Below, piece after piece: positions 40,809 to 62,021 of a stretch of DNA of 64,000 nucleotides. The stretch is from Microbotryum violaceum. Lineage: Eukaryota. Each line of letters starts with the position of its first letter. Positions within the stretch are counted from its first letter, which is position 1. Below the pieces are notes generated by a model. The model saw only the letters and a list, made by a program, of their open reading frames with translations. It was not told the origin of the DNA and did not search any database. Both the position numbers and the translations under genes were made by a program. The stretch is from contig CDLV01000004.1 of assembly GCA_001244265.2 (NCBI GenBank), positions 992,001 to 1,056,000 of the forward strand. Reading direction: 5' to 3'.

Positions 40809-43800
40809 GCGAGCCTGGGAAACTTGGGGCGCGCGGCTCTCACACTGTTAGCTTCCTATTCATCACTCTTGGCTAGAACTACATCGCTGACGTAGTAGAG
40901 TTGATCGAATAGGTTATAAGCCCAACGAGCTACCAGCCCGCCGCTCGCTCGCAATTTTCCTCGAGCCCAGCCACTCGAGCCGCCCACGTCCATCGCACCA
41001 TCGCACAATGGACAGTAGCGACCCCACCACGCCTTCGTCCCCAGGGACCCCAACCCTCTTGCGTCTTCGATCACCGATCAACTCGCTACCCTGCAGGCCC
41101 AGCTCGCCGCCCTGCAGGCCTCGCAGCCCCTGCCGCCACCGCCTCGCTGCCCCTGCCGCCCCCGCCTCTGCCGCCGCTGCTCGCAGCCCACTGCCGCCGC
41201 CGCCGCCGCCACCACCGCATCAAAAGTCGTCTTTCCCAAGCACGCTCGCCTAGACGGCTCCAAGTCGTTCACAAACTGGTTACGCCAGCTCCGGCTCACG
41301 CTTCCGAATCAGATTCGTGGTTACGTCCTTGATGGAGTTGTTCCCCGACGTGGACGGCCGACCAGCTGGCCGCTCGTGACGACGCCGCGCGGGAAATTAT
41401 CGTCGGCTCCATCGACTCCGCCGACGTCTCGGCAACCCTCGACGCCATCCCAAGCGACGACCTGTCGGCGCCACGCATCTTCACCGCTCTCAAGGCTCGT
41501 TTTGCACCGGACAATGCTACCCGCACCCTCGAGTTGTTCGCCCGCCTTTGGGATTTCAGGAAGATGCCTGCCTCCGTCGAGGCATATGACACCTGGCTGC
41601 GCGAGTACATGTCCATCGTACAAGAAATTCGCGACGCCAAAACTTCGCTCAACGACGTACTCGCCACTCACGTGCTTGCCATGGTCCCGTCGTGCCTCGA
41701 CAGCTTCCGACTCACGTTCACGGACGAGCAACGCAACCAACGCGACCTTCCCGAGCTGACGACGCTGACCGACCGCATTCGCGTCCAACTTCGTTCGGCG
41801 GGGCTCTCCACCTCGCACTCGGCCATGCTCGCTACCGCCTCCCCATGCCCCGCCTGCCGCGCCCCCGGTCACCGCCTTCGTGACTGCACCTCACGCGCTC
41901 AATATTCGATCAACTCTACTACGTCAGCGGTGTAGTTATAGCCAAGAGTGATGAATAGGAAGCTAACAACAAAAGAGCCACGCGCGCCAAGTCCACAGCC
42001 AGCGAGCCTCGGGGGTGAGCCAATGGCCCAGGCTCGCTCCGCGCGCCTAAGTCCCAGCCTCGCTCTGTGCGCCTAAGTCCTGGGCCGGGGCGCCCGGCTC
42101 GCTCCGCGCGCCTAAGTCCGCGCCCGGTTCGCTCCGCGCGCCTAAGTCCTGAGCCGAGCGGAGAGTGGATTCCTCACACCCCCCCCACGCGAACGCGAGG
42201 TAGACTTGAGCCGTGGATGTTGCGTCCGGAGGCCTAGAGCAAAGCAATGTGTACCAAAAATCTTGGGGCCTAGCGCTTTGGTGAAAACGTCCGCAACCAT
42301 GTCTGCTGTGCCAACGTGAGAGAGAGAGATATCACCTCGATTGACCATGTCACGGACAAAATGCTCGCGGAGGCGAATGTGCCGGGTGCCGGAGGTGCGA
42401 ACGGGGTCGTGAGCGACGGCGGCCGCGGCCTCGTTGTCGGTGAAGATGTGAGCTGCAGCGATTGGTGAAACGTGGAGCTCGGAGAGGAGTTGGGTAAGGT
42501 AGATCGCTTCCTTACCCGCGTGCGACAAGGCCAGGTACTCGGCATCAGTGGTGGAATCTGCTACCCGAGTCTGACGCTTCGACGACCAAGAGACGGCGGC
42601 GCCTGCCAAGTAAAATACGTAGCCCATCGTTGAGATGGATGTGTCGACGCAGGCGCCCCAGTTCGCATCAGAATAACCAACCACACCCGTGACTTTTGCT
42701 GGGCCGCGGGCATAGAGAAGCTCATCGCGGTACGTGGCGCGAAGGTAGCGAAGGACGTGTTTGACGGCAATCCAATGGCGGCGGCCGGGGTTGTTGGCGA
42801 ACCGGGACAGGTACGAGACGGCGAAGGCAATGTCGGGTCGAGTGCCAAGGGAGATGTAAAGGAGGGAGCCGATGGCCTGTAGGTACCACGAACGAATGCG
42901 CTCCGTTCCCTGACCCGGAATTGCCGTGAGCGAGAGGCCGGGCGTCATCGGCACCGTAGTGCCGCGTGTCGTGGTGTCAAAGTGGAAACGGGCTAGCACG
43001 TCCATGATGTAGCGCTCCTGGGATAGAGCAATGGAGCCGTCGTCCAGGCGGCGGATTTGGATTCCGAGGATGTACTCCGCCGGGCCGAGTCGTTTAACGC
43101 CGTATCGCTGTTCAAGGCCGCAGATGACACGTTCAATCTCGTCGAGGTGGGGACTGACAATGAGGAGGTCGTCGACATACAAGGCGATATAGTGAGGCCG
43201 CTGCTGATCGTCAATGCGAGAGTAAATGCAGTGATCAGTGCCTGTTGCCTTGTACCCGAGATTCCTGAGTGATGTGTCAATGTGACGATTCCAGATGCGA
43301 CCGGCCTGCTTGAGACCGTAGATTGAACGTCGCAGCCGGAGAACCTTATCGCTCGGGAAGTCGAAACCTCGTGGTGTCGTCATCCAGATATCATGATCGA
43401 GCTCGCCGTGTAGGTAAGCCTTGTCGATGTCGGCCTGATGAACGTGGTAGCCGTTGGCAGCGGCAAGAGCCAAGAGGCAGCGAATGGAGGAGAAGCGGGC
43501 GACGGGTGCGAAGGTTTCTGAGAAGTCGATGCCGTTGCGCTGTCGGTTACCCTGCGCTACAAGACGTGCCTTCCGCCCCGTGACTTCACCGCTGGCGTTG
43601 CGCTTGGTCTTCCAGACGAATTTGGAGGTGACGATGGTGGCGCCCGGCGGTACGGATGAGCGAGGCTCGATGGTGAACACCTTGAAGTCGTCGCGCATGG
43701 CGGTGAACTCGGTGGCGGCAGCCTCAGCCCAGATGTTGTGCTCGTCGCTGGACATTGCTTCGCGCCAGGTTTGGGGGTCGCTAGTGATCGATTTGACGGG

Positions 43801-46509
43801 CTCGATGGCGTCGAGGGTGGGGTCGTCGTCGTCTGTGGCGATGAAAGCGCGGTGGTGACGAGAGAGGAAATCGATCTCATCGGGGGAGTCGTCATCGGAG
43901 GGCTGCCCAACGGGGTCAACGGCTGGTGCCTGCGTCTCTGGTGTGTCGTCGTCGGATCGATGCACGTCCATCAGGTTGAGGCGAACCGCGGTGTTGGAGC
44001 TGAGGAGATCAAGCGGGTCATCCGAGTCGTTGAGGGACGGATCCCTGGCCGAGGACGTGGCCGGCGACGAAAATGGGGAAAGCGATGGAGACGACGAAGA
44101 GCGAGTGTCTGTAGAGTTAAGTAAGGATCCGCCAGTGTACCCTGGGGCCACGTCAACGGCGCTCATGGCAGAATCATCAAGGGAGGATGAGACGTCCATG
44201 TGCGCCGACCTTACTAGTGGGGTCCTCGTCTTGACGGCAGGGGCGGGCGTGTCGGCGGGAACAACGAACTGACGGTCGGTGTCGTCCGCATCAACGGGCG
44301 TGGTGACTGGCAGGCCGGGGAAGTCGTTGTCGAGGAAGGTGGCATTGCGACCAAGCACAATCTTATTGATGGAATGGTCAAAGAAACGGAAAGCTTTGGA
44401 GGCGAGGTCGTAACCTGTGAAGATCACGCGCGCGGCCTTGGGGTCGAGCTTGCTGCGACGGTCCGGGGCGACCGTGAGCCAGGCTGTGCAGCCGAACGGG
44501 TGGAGGGCGGTGGTGGTGGTGCGTTGGCCGTTCCAAACAAATTCTGGAGTCTGTTTGGCCAAAGCTGAGTGTGAGCATCTGTTTTTGCAATAAACGAAAT
44601 ACGCAGCCGCTTCATCCCAAAAGGTGGCCGGCAGACGGGCGTCCGCAAGGAGAGCGAGGACGCCCTCGACGATGGAGAGGTTGACACGTTCGGCGCGACC
44701 GTTTTGCTGAGGCGTGTAAGGGATAGAATATTGGCGACGTATGCCCTTGGACTTGCAGAACTCCGTAAATGCGTTTGATCGATACTCCCCGCCATTGTCG
44801 GTTCGAAGGATTCTCAAACGTGCGTTCGTCGCTAACTCCACTTCGGCGAGCCAAGTCTGGAAGATCGGGAAGACGTCGCTCTTGTGATCGATCGCATATG
44901 CCCAGAGTTTGCGAGAGTGGTCGTCGAGGAATGTGACAAGGTAGCGCTTCCCGGTCAAGGACGGAGTGGGAAACGACAGGACATCGCTGTGCACGAGGCC
45001 AAGTCTCTCGGGGAATGCGACTCAGAGTCAGGAAAAGGGAGACGGTGGCCTTTGGAACCAAGGCAAGCATTGCAAACAAACTCTTCCACGTCTTTGTCAC
45101 TGTACCCGGCCCCAAACCCGTCCAGCAAACCTGCAGCAATCATCTTCTGTATAGAGGATGGGGCAAGATGGCCGAGGCAGCGGTGTAGGGTAAGCAGGGG
45201 CACGGGGGACTCAGAGCGTGAGAGAAAGGCAAGATGCTGACACTTGGTGTGATCCGCGTCCAAAAGGTAAAGACCATCGTTGACCCTGGTACCGTGAGCG
45301 ATGGCCTGGTCGTCCTTGGTGATGTCGATGCCGTCGCTGGTGAAGGCGAGGCGAACCCGGTCGGTGTCGCAGAGGCGAGCGACAGAGAGGAGGTTGACGT
45401 GGAGGCCAGGCGTGTGGAGAACGCCACGGAGTGTGATCGGGTGTCCAGTCTTGGCGACGAATGCCACGTCCCCCACGCCGATAGCCGTGATGCCACCCGC
45501 GATGCCGCCGATCTTGGTGTGTGCCGTCTGACGATAAGTCGTGAACAGAGATCGGTCGGCGACCATGTGTGTCGTGGCGCCCGAATCGACTACAAAGGCG
45601 TCAGTTGGGAGTTGGCGACGAGCGAACAGGCAGGAGGCGAAATAGCCGACGTTCGGTTGCAAAGCCGCGGAGGAAGACGTGTCGTCCTGGGTGTCGTCGC
45701 TGCGACGTGCCTGTTCACCCCGGTTCTTGCAGTCAAGTGCCCAGTGACCTTTCTTTTGGCATCGGCGGCAGGGGCCGGTGGGCGGGTGCTTCGCACGTGA
45801 AGTGCAGTCGCGCAGGCGGTGACCGGAGCGCGGCAGGCGGGGCAGGGGGAGCTGGTGGCAAGCATGGCCGAATGCGAGGTCGAGAGTCCTGCCGAACGAA
45901 GCTGGATGCGAATGCGGTCCGTAAGCGTCGTGAGTTCGGGAAGGTCGCGTCGGTTTCGCTGCTCGTCCGTGAACGTGAGTCGGAAGCTGTCGAGGCAAGA
46001 CAGGACCATGGCGAGCACGTGGGTGGCGAGCACGTCGTTGAGCGATGTTTTGGCGTCGCGTATTTCCTGAGCAATCGACATGTACTCGCGTAGCCAAGTG
46101 TCGTAGGCCTCGACGGAGGCAGGCATCGTCCTGAAGTCCCAAAGGCGAGCGAACAACTCGAGAGTGCGTGTAGCGTCGTCCGGTGCAAAACGAGCCTTGA
46201 GAGCGGCAAAGATGCGCGGTGCCGACAGGTCGTCGCTGGGGATGGCGTCGAGGGTGGCCGATACGTCGGCGGAGTCGATCGAGCCAACGATGATGTCCCG
46301 GGCGGCGTCGTCACGGGCGGCAAGCTGGTCGGCGGTCCAGGTCGGGGCATGACACCGTCGAGAACGTAACCGCGAACCTGGTTGGGAAGCGCAAGACGGA
46401 GTTGACGCAACCAGTTGGTGAACGACTTGGGGCCGTCCAGACGAGCGTGCTTGGGAAACACGACCTTGGATGCGGTGGCGGCGTTCCCCGGCACGGCGGT
46501 GACGGCCGG

Positions 46510-46544
<35 letters not shown>

Positions 46545-49500
46545 GTTGCGAGGCCTGCAGAGCGGCAAGCTGGGCCTGTAGAGTGGCGATTTGTTCGCGA
46601 TCGAAGATTCAGGGGAGCTGGGATCCCTGGGGGCCAAAGGCGAGGCGGGAGAGCTGTCCATGATGTGATGGTGCGATGGACGTGTGCGGCTCGAGTGGCT
46701 GGGCTCGAGTGAAAAAAAACGCAAGCGGCGGGGCTGGTAGCTCGTGGGCTTATAACCTATTCGATCAACTCTACTACGTCAGCGGTGTAGTTATAGCCAA
46801 GAGTGATGAATCCATTTCAACATACCTATTCGATCAACTCTACTACGTCAGCGGTGTAGTTATAGCCAAGAGTGATGAATAGGAAGCTAACAACAAAAGA
46901 GCCACGCGCGCCAAGTCCACAGCCAGCGAGCCTCGGGGGTGAGCCAATGGCCCAGGCTCGCTCCGCGCGCCTAAGTCCCAGCCTCGCTCTGTGCGCCTAA
47001 GTCCTGGGCCGGGGCGCCCGGCTCGCTCCGCGCGCCTAAGTCCTGAGCCGAGCGGAGAGTGGATTCCTCACACTCAACACCCCCCACCGGCCCCTGCCGT
47101 CGCTGCCACAAGAAGGGTCACTGGGCCCTCGACTGCAAACCGCGAGGCGACCAAAACCGAACCGGCGACAACAACCAGGACAACACCCCCTCATCGGCGG
47201 CTCAACAACCGAATGTTGGCTATTTCGCCTCCTGCCTGCTCGCTCGCCGCCATCTCCCGACCGACGCCTTCATCGTCGACTCGGGCGCCACGACTCACAT
47301 GGTCGCCGACCGCTCCCTGTTCACGACTTATCGTCCAACGGCACACACCAAGATTGGCGGCATTGCCGGCGGTGTCACGGCCATTGGCATGGGGGATGTA
47401 CCGTTTGTTGCCAACACCGGACACCCGATCATGTTGCGCGGCGTTCTGCACGCGCCGGGCCTTCACGTCAACCTTCTCTCCGTCTCTCGCCTTTGTGACA
47501 CCGACCGCGTTCGGCTTGCCTTCACCAGCGACAGCATCGACATCACCAAGGACGGCCAGGCCATCGCTCACGGTACACGGGTTAACGACGGTCTCTACCT
47601 CCTGGACGCGGACCACACCAAATGTCAGCAGCTTGCCTTTCTCTCACGCTCTGAGTCTACCGTGCCCCTACTTACCCTCCACCGCTGCCTCGGCCACCTT
47701 GCTCCATCCTCTATACAGAAGATGATCGCTGCGGGTTTGCTGGACGGGTTTGGGGCCGGGTACAGTGACAAAGACGTAGAAGAGTTTGTTTGCAATGCTT
47801 GCCTTGGTTCCAAAGGCCATCGTCTTCCTTTTCCCGACTCGGAGTCACATTCCCCGAGAGACTTGGTCTCGTGCACAGCAATGTCCTGTCGTTTCCCACT
47901 CCGTCCTTGACCGGGAAACGCTATCTTGTCACCTTCCTTGACGACCACTCTCGCAAACTTTGGGCATACGCAATCGATCACAAAAGCGACGTCTTCCCGA
48001 CCTTCCAGACTTGGCTCGCCGAAGTGGAGTTAGAAACGGACGCGCGTCTACGAATCCTCCGCACCGACAACGGCGGCGAATACCGATCCAACGCGTTCAC
48101 GGAGTTCTGCCAGTCCAGGGGCATTCGTCGCCAATACTCTATTCCATATACGCCTCAGCAAAACGGCCGTGCCGAACGTGTCAACCTCTCCATCGTCGAG
48201 GGCGTCCTCGCCCTCCTTGCTGACTCCCACCTGCCGGCCACTTTTTGGGACGAAGCGGCTGCATACTTCGTTTATTGCAAAAACAGGTGCTCACACTCAG
48301 CTTTGGCCAAACAGACTCCACAATTCGTTTGGAACGGCCAACGCACCACGACCACCGCCCTTCACCCGTTTGGCTGCGCGGCCTGGCTCACGGTCGCGCC
48401 GGACCTTTGCAACAAGCTCGACCCCAAGGCCGCGCGCGTGATTTTTACTGGTTACGACCTCGCCTCCAAGGCTTTCCGGTTCTTCGACCATTCCACCAAC
48501 AGGGTTGTGCTTGGCCGAAATGCCACCTTCCTCGACGACGACTTCCCTGGCCTACCAGTCAACACGCCCGTCGATGCGGACGACGCCAAACGCCAGTTTG
48601 TCATTCCCGCCGACACACACGCCACCGCCGCCACACCCGCTCCCGCCGTCAAGACGAGGACCCCACTAGTAACGTCGGCGCACATGGACGTCTCATCCCC
48701 TCTTGATGATTCTGCCATGAGCGCCGTTGACGTGGCCCCAGGGTACACTGGCGGATCCTTACTTAATTCTACAGATACCAGCCCCTCGTCGTCTCCGTCG
48801 CTCGCCCCGATTTCGTCTCCCGCCCCGTCCTCAGGGGGGGTACCGTCCATCGAGGACTTGGATGATCCGCTTGACCTTCTGCACTCCGACACCGCGGTTC
48901 GCCTCCGCCTGATGGACGTACATCGATCCGACGACGACACCCTGGTCACACCCACTGCCGCCGTTGGCCCCGGGCAGCCCTCCGACGACGACTCCCCTGA
49001 TGAGATCGATTTCCTCTCTCGTCATCACCGCGCCTTCATCGCCACCGACGACGCCGACCCCACCCTCGAAGCCATTCAGCCGGTCAAATCGATCACTAGC
49101 GACCCTCAGACCTGGCGTGAAGCGATGTCCAGCGACGAGCACGACCTCTGGGCTCAAGCCGCCTCCGACGAGTTCACCGCCATGCGCAACAATTTCAAGG
49201 TGTTCACCATCGAGCCTCGTTCCTCGTACCACCGGGCGCCACCATCGTCACCTCCAAATTCGTCTGGAAGACCAAGCGCAATGCACAGGGTGATATCACA
49301 GGGCGGAAGGCACGCCTGGTCGCGCAGGGTAACCGCCAGCGCGACGGCATTGACTTCTCAGAGACGTTCGCACCCGTCGCCCGTTTCTCCTCCATTCACT
49401 GCCTCCTCGCCCTTGCTGCTGCCAACGGCTATCACGTTCATCAGGCTGACATCGACAAGGCTTACCTTCACGGCAAGCTTGATCACGACATCTGGATGAC

Positions 49501-51108
49501 GACGCCACGAGGTTTCGACTTCCCGAGCGACCAGGTTCTCCGGCTGCGGCGCTCGATCTACGGTCTTAAGCAGGCCGGTCGCATCTGGAATCGCCACATT
49601 GACACATCGCTCAGGAGTCTTGGGTACACGGCAACGGGCACTGATCACTGCATTTACTCTCGCGTTGATGATCAGAAGCAGCCCCATTATATCGCATTAT
49701 ATGTCGACGATCTCCTCATTGTCAGCCCCGCCCTTGACGAGATTGAGCGTGTCATCTCCGGCCTCGAACAGCGATACAGCGTCAAACGACTCGGCCCTGC
49801 AGAATACATCCTCGGCATCCAGATTCGACGCCTGGAAGACGGTTCCATTGCTTTATCTCAGGAGCGCTACATCATGGACGTGCTCGCCCGCTTTCACTTC
49901 GACACCACAACGCGCGGCGCTACGGTGCCAATGACGCCCGGCCTCTTGCTCACGGCAGTACCGGGTCAGGGAACGGAACGCATTCGGTCGTGGTACCTGC
50001 AAGCCATCGGCTCCCTCCTATACATTTCACTTGGCACTCGCCCCGACATTGCCTTCGCCGTCTCGTATCTGTCCCGGTTCGCCAACAACCCCGGCCGCCG
50101 CCATTGGGTCGCCGTCAAACACGTCCTTCGCTACCTTCGCGCTACGTACCGTGATGAGCTACTCTACGCCTGCGGTCCAACCAAGATTACAGGGGTGGTT
50201 GGCTATTCCGATGCAAACTGGGGTGCCTGCGTTGACACGTCAATCTCCACAATGGGCTTCGTCTTTTACTTGGCCGGCTCCGCTGTCTCTTGGTCATCGA
50301 AGCGTCAGACTCGGGTAGCAGATTCCACCACTGATGCCGAATACCTCGCCTTGTCGCACGCTGGTAAGGAGGCCATTTACCTCACACAACTCCTCTCCGA
50401 GCTCCATGTTCGCCCGATCGATGCAGCCCACATCTTCACCGACAACGAGGCCGCGGCCGCCGTCGCTCACGACCCCGTTCGCACCTCCGGCACTCGGCAC
50501 ATCCGTCTCCGCGAGCACTTCGTCCGCGACATGGTCAACCAGGACGATATATCCCTCTCCCACGTTGGCACAGCGAACATGGTTGCGGACCTATTCACCA
50601 AAGCGCTAGGTCCCAAGATTTTTGGTACGCATTGCTATGCTCTGGGCCTCCGGATGCGACACCCACGGCTCAAGTCTACCTCGCGTTTGCGTGGGGGGGG
50701 TGTGAGGAATCCACTCTCCGCTCGGCTCAGGACTTAGGCGCGCGGAACAAGCAAGGCGCATTGGCTCAGGACTTAGGCGCGCGGAGCGAGCCAGGCGCAC
50801 ACAGCCCCAGGACTTAGGCGCGCAGGGCGAGCCTGGGCCATTGGCTCAGCCCCAAGGTTTGCAGCCTGAGGACGTGAGGCGCGCGGCTCTCTTGTTGTTA
50901 GCTTCCTATTCATCACTCTTGGCTATAACTACATCGCTGACGTAGTAGAGTTGATCGAATAGGTTATAAGCCCAACGAGCCACCAGCCCGCCGCTCGCTC
51001 GCAATTTTCCTCGAGCCCAGCCACTCGAGCCGCCCACGTCCATCGCACCATTGCACAATGGACAGTAGCGACCCCACCACGCCTTCGTCCCCAGGGACCC
51101 CAACCCTC
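40808..51108 (+). mobile_element. Copia family C copy 2: partial 5' LTR to 40911, 3' LTR 50701-50961, then a second PBS/leader (tandem unit)
   Basis: gag from 41008 interrupted at 41902 and resuming at 47078; pol to 50737; 50962-51108 repeats 40912-41058. Confidence 0.88.
41903..47072 (-). mobile_element. Copia family C copy 1, full length, TSD CTCAA, inserted antisense in the gag of copy 2
   Basis: LTRs 46758-47072 and 41903-42178; CTCAA at 41898-41902 and 47073-47077; 950-aa IN-RT-RH ORF at 42142-44994. Confidence 0.95.
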
Positions 51109-57645
<6,537 letters not shown>

Positions 57646-58067
57646 TGAATGTTGAACAGAAGTGGTCTATTTCAGCATACCTATGAGACGATCACCACTA
57701 CTGTCAGGAGAGGTTGAATGTTGAACAGAAGTGGTGAGAGGGAAGCTAAGAAACAGAAAGGGACCCGCGCTGAGATAGGCCCAGTCGCGGGTGAAGTTGC
57801 TAGCGCGCTAAGGCAGGCGCGCGCGCCTAAGTCCCCACCGCAAGGGGGCGGCCTAGTGGGCACCCGCACGGATCTATTCGATCAACTCTACTACGTCAGC
57901 AATGTAGTTATAGCCAAGAGTGATGAATCATTTCAACATACCTATTCGATCAACTCTACTACGTCAGCAATGTAGTTATAGCCAAGAGTGATGAATAGGA
58001 AGCTAACAGTGAATGAGCCGCGCGCCCAATTTCTCAGCCAGTGAGCCTCAGGGCTGACCCAATAGGC

Positions 58068-58292
58068 CAGGCTCGTTCCGCGCGCCTAAGTCCCGAGCCA
58101 TTTCGCCCGGCTCGCTCCGCGCGCCTAAGTCCCGACCTGATGCGCCCGGCTCGCTCCGCGCGCCTAAGTCCCGACCTGATGCGCCCGGCTCGCTCCGCGC
58201 GCCTAAGTCCCGAGCCGAGGCGCCAGGCTCGCTCCGCGTGCATAGGTCCGTGCGCGATGCGCCCGGCTCGCTCCGCGCGCCTAAGTCCTGGA
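58068..58292. repeat. GC-rich ~39-bp tandem units (GGCTCGCTCCGCGCGCCTAAGTCC core) in the U3 of family C LTRs
   Basis: Copy number varies among LTRs at 42030-42150, 46955-47045, 50730-50830 and 61651-61830. Confidence 0.85.
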
Positions 58293-61200
58293 CCGAGCGG
58301 AGAGTGGATTCCTCACACCCCCCCCCACGCGAATGCGAGGTAGACTTGATCCGTGGGTGTCGCGTCCGGAGGCCTAGAGCATAGCAATGTGTACCGAAAA
58401 TCTTGGGGCCAAGCGCTTTGGTGAATACGTCTGCAACCATGTTTGCTGTGCCAACGTGTGAGAGGGAGATATCACCCGATTTACCATGTCGCGGACAAAG
58501 TGTTTGCGGAGGCATATGTGTCGAGTGCCAGAAGTGCGAACGGGGTCGTGAGCGACGGCGGCCGCGGCCTCGTTGTCGGTGAAAATGTGAGCTGCCTCGA
58601 TTGGACGAACATGGAGCTCGGAGAGGAGTTGTGTAAGGTAAATCGCTTCCTTACCAGCGTGCGACAAGGCGAGGTATTCGGCATCGGTGGTGGAGTCTGC
58701 TACCCGAGTCTGACGCTTCGATGACCAAGAGACGGCGGAGCCGGCCAAGTAAAATACGAAACCCATCGTGGAGATGGATGTGTCGACGCAGGCACCCCAG
58801 TTTGCATCAGAATAGCCAACCACACCTGTAATTTTGGGTGAACCGCTGGCGTAGAGTAGTTCATCGCGGTACGTAGCGCGAAGGTAGCGTAGGACGTGTT
58901 TGACGGCAATCCAATGGCGGCGGCCGGGGTTGTTGGCGAACCGGGACAGATACGAGACGGCGAAGGCTATGTCGGGGCGAGTGCCAAGGGAAATGTATAG
59001 GAGAGAGCCAATGGCTTGTAGGTACCACGACCGAATGCGTTCCGTTCCCTGACCCGGGACTGCCGTGAGTGAGAGGCCGGGCGTCATTGGCACCGTAGCA
59101 CCTCGGGTTGTGGTGTCGAAATGAAACCGGGCGAGCACGTCCATGATGTAGCGCTCCTGGGAAAGAGCAATGGAACCGTCTTCCAGGCGGCGGATTTGGA
59201 TGCCGAGGATGTATTCCGCGGGGCCAAGTCGTTTGACGCCGTATCGCCGTTCGAGGCCTGAGATGACACGTTCGATTTCGTCTAGGGCGGGGCTGACAAT
59301 GAGGAGATCGTCGACATACAAGGCGATGTAGTGGGTTTGCTGCTGATCATCAATGCGAGAGTAAATGCAGTGATCAGTGCCCGTTGCCCTGTACCCCAGA
59401 CTTCTGAGCGATGTGTCAATGTGACAATTCCAGATGCGATCGGCCTGCTTAAGACCGTAGATCGAGCGCCGCAGCCGGAGAACCTTGTCGCTCGGGAAGT
59501 CGAAACCCCGTGGCGTCGTCATCCAGATATCGTGATCGAGCTCGCCGTGCAGATAAGCCTTGTCGATGTCGGCCTGATGAACGTGATAGCCATAGGCAGC
59601 GGCAAGAGCGAGGAGGCAGCGAATGGACGAGAACCGAGCGACGGGTGCGAAAGTCTCCGAGAAGTCGATGCCATCGCGCTGACGGTTACCCTGTGCTACA
59701 AGGCGTGCCTTCCGCCCTGTGATATCACCGCGTGCATTTCGCTTGGTCTTCCAGACGAATTTGGAGGTGACAATGGTGGCGCCCGGCGGCACCGAGGAGC
59801 GAGGCTCGATGGTGAACACCTTGAAATCGTCGCGCATGGCTGTGAACTCGTCGGCAGCAGCTTGAGCCCAGAGGTCGTGCTCGTCGCTGGACATCGCTTC
59901 GCGCCAGGTCTGAGGATCGCTAGTGATTGATTTTACGGGTTCAATGGCTTCGAGGGCGGGATCGTTGTCGTCTGTGGCGATAAAGGCGCGGTGATGGCGA
60001 GAGAGGAAGTCGATCTCGTCAGGTGAGTCGTCATCAGAGGGCTGCCCAGCGGAGGCAACGGCGGGTGTGGTTGTCACCAGGGTGTCGTCGTCGGACCGAT
60101 GTACGTCCATCAGGTTGAGGCAAACCGCGGTGTTGGAGTTGAGAAGGTCAAGCGGGTCATCCGAGTCATCGATGGACGGTCCCCGGCCGAGGACGTGGCG
60201 GGAGACGAAAACGGGGGGAGCGACGGAGACGACGAAAGACTGGTGTCTGTAGAATTAAGTAAGGATCCGCCAGTGTACCCTGGGGCCACGTCAACGGCGC
60301 TCATGGTAGAATCATCAATAGAGGATGAGACGTCCATGTGCGCCGACCTTACTAGTGGGGTCCTGGTCTTGACGGCGGGGCGGGCGTGCTGGCGGGGGCG
60401 GGCGTGCTGGCGGGGCGCGGCGTGCTGGTGGGGACGCACGTGTCGGCGGGGATGGTGAACTCGCGTTCGGTGTTGTCCGCATCGACTGGCGTGTTGGCTG
60501 GGAGGCCGGGGAAATCGTCGTCGAGGAAGGTGGCATTTCGGCCAAGTACAATCTTGTTGGCGGAATGGTCGAAGAAACGGAAGGCCTTGGAGGCTAGGTC
60601 GTAACCGGTGAAAATCACGCGCGTGGCCTTGGGGTCGAGCTTGCTGCGAAGGTCCGGCGCGACCGTGAGCCAGGCCGCGCAGCCGAACGGGTGGAGGGCG
60701 GTGGCCGTGGTGCGTTGGCCGTCCCAAGCTAATTCGGGGGTCTGTTTGGCCAAAGCTGAGTGTGAGCACCTGTTTTTGCAATAAACGAAGTACGCAGCCG
60801 CTTCATCCCAGAAGGTGGCCGGCAGATGAGAGTCAGCAAGGAGGGCGAGGACGCCCTCGACGATGGAGAGGTTGACACGTTCGGCACGACCGTTTTGCTG
60901 AGGTGTGTAGGGAATAGAGTATTGGCGACGAATGCCCCTGGACTTGCAGAACTCCGTAAATGCGTTGGATCGGTACTCGCCGCCGTTGTCGGTGCGAAGG
61001 ATCCTTAAACGTGCGTCCGTCTGTAACTCCACTTCAGCGAGCCAAGTCTGGAAGGTCGGGAAGACGTCGCTTTTGTGATCGATCGCGTATGCCAGAGTTT
61101 GCGAGAGTGATCGTCAAGGAATGTCACAAGGTAGCGCTTTCCGGTCAAGGACGGAGTGGGGAACGACAGGACATCGCTGTGCACAAGGCCAAGTCTCTCG

Positions 61201-62021
61201 GGGGAATGCGACTCCGAGTCGGGAAAAGGGAGACGGTGACCTTTGGAACCAAGGCAAGCATTGCAAACAAACTCCTCTACGTCTTTGTCACTGTACCCGG
61301 CCCCAAACCCGTGTAGCAAACCTGCGGCAATCATCTTCTGTATAGAGGATGGGGCAAGATGGCCGAGGCAGCGGTGGAGGGTAAGCAGGGGCACGGGGGA
61401 CTCGGAACGTGAGAGCAAGGCAAGCTGCTGACATCTGGAGTGATCCGCATCCAAAAGGTAGAGCCCGTCGTTAACCCTGGTACCATGAGCGATGGCCTGG
61501 CCGTCCTTGGCGATGTCGATACCGTCGCTGGTGAAGGCGAGTCGAACGCGGTCGGTGTCGCAGAGGCGAGAGACGGAGAGGAGGTTGACGTGAAGGCCCG
61601 GCGTGTGCAGAACTCCACGCAGCGTGATCGGATGTCCGGTCTTGGCAACGAGGCGCGCGGAGCGAGCCGGGCGCATCGCGCACGGACCTATGCGCGCGGA
61701 GCGAGCCTGGCGCCTCGGCTCGGGACTTAGGCGCGCGGAGCGAGCCGGGCGCATCAGGTCGGGACTTAGCGCGCGCGGAGCGAGCCGGGCGAAATGGCTC
61801 GGGACTTAGGCGCGCGGAACGAGCCTGGCCTATTGGGTCAGCCCTGAGGCTCACTGGCTGAGAAATTGGGGCGCGCGGCTCATTCACTGTTAGCTTCCTA
61901 TTCATCACTCTTGGCTATAACTACATTGCTGACGTAGTAGAGTTGATCGAATAGGTATGTTGAAATGATTCATCACTCTTGGCTATAACTACATTGCTGA
62001 CGTAGTAGAGTTGATCGAATA

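Noticed and set aside
44990-45020. Programmed frameshift at HSP/ERL in family C
   Set aside because: The copy at ~61200 is in frame with a longer homopolymer; a mutation or homopolymer sequencing error is more likely
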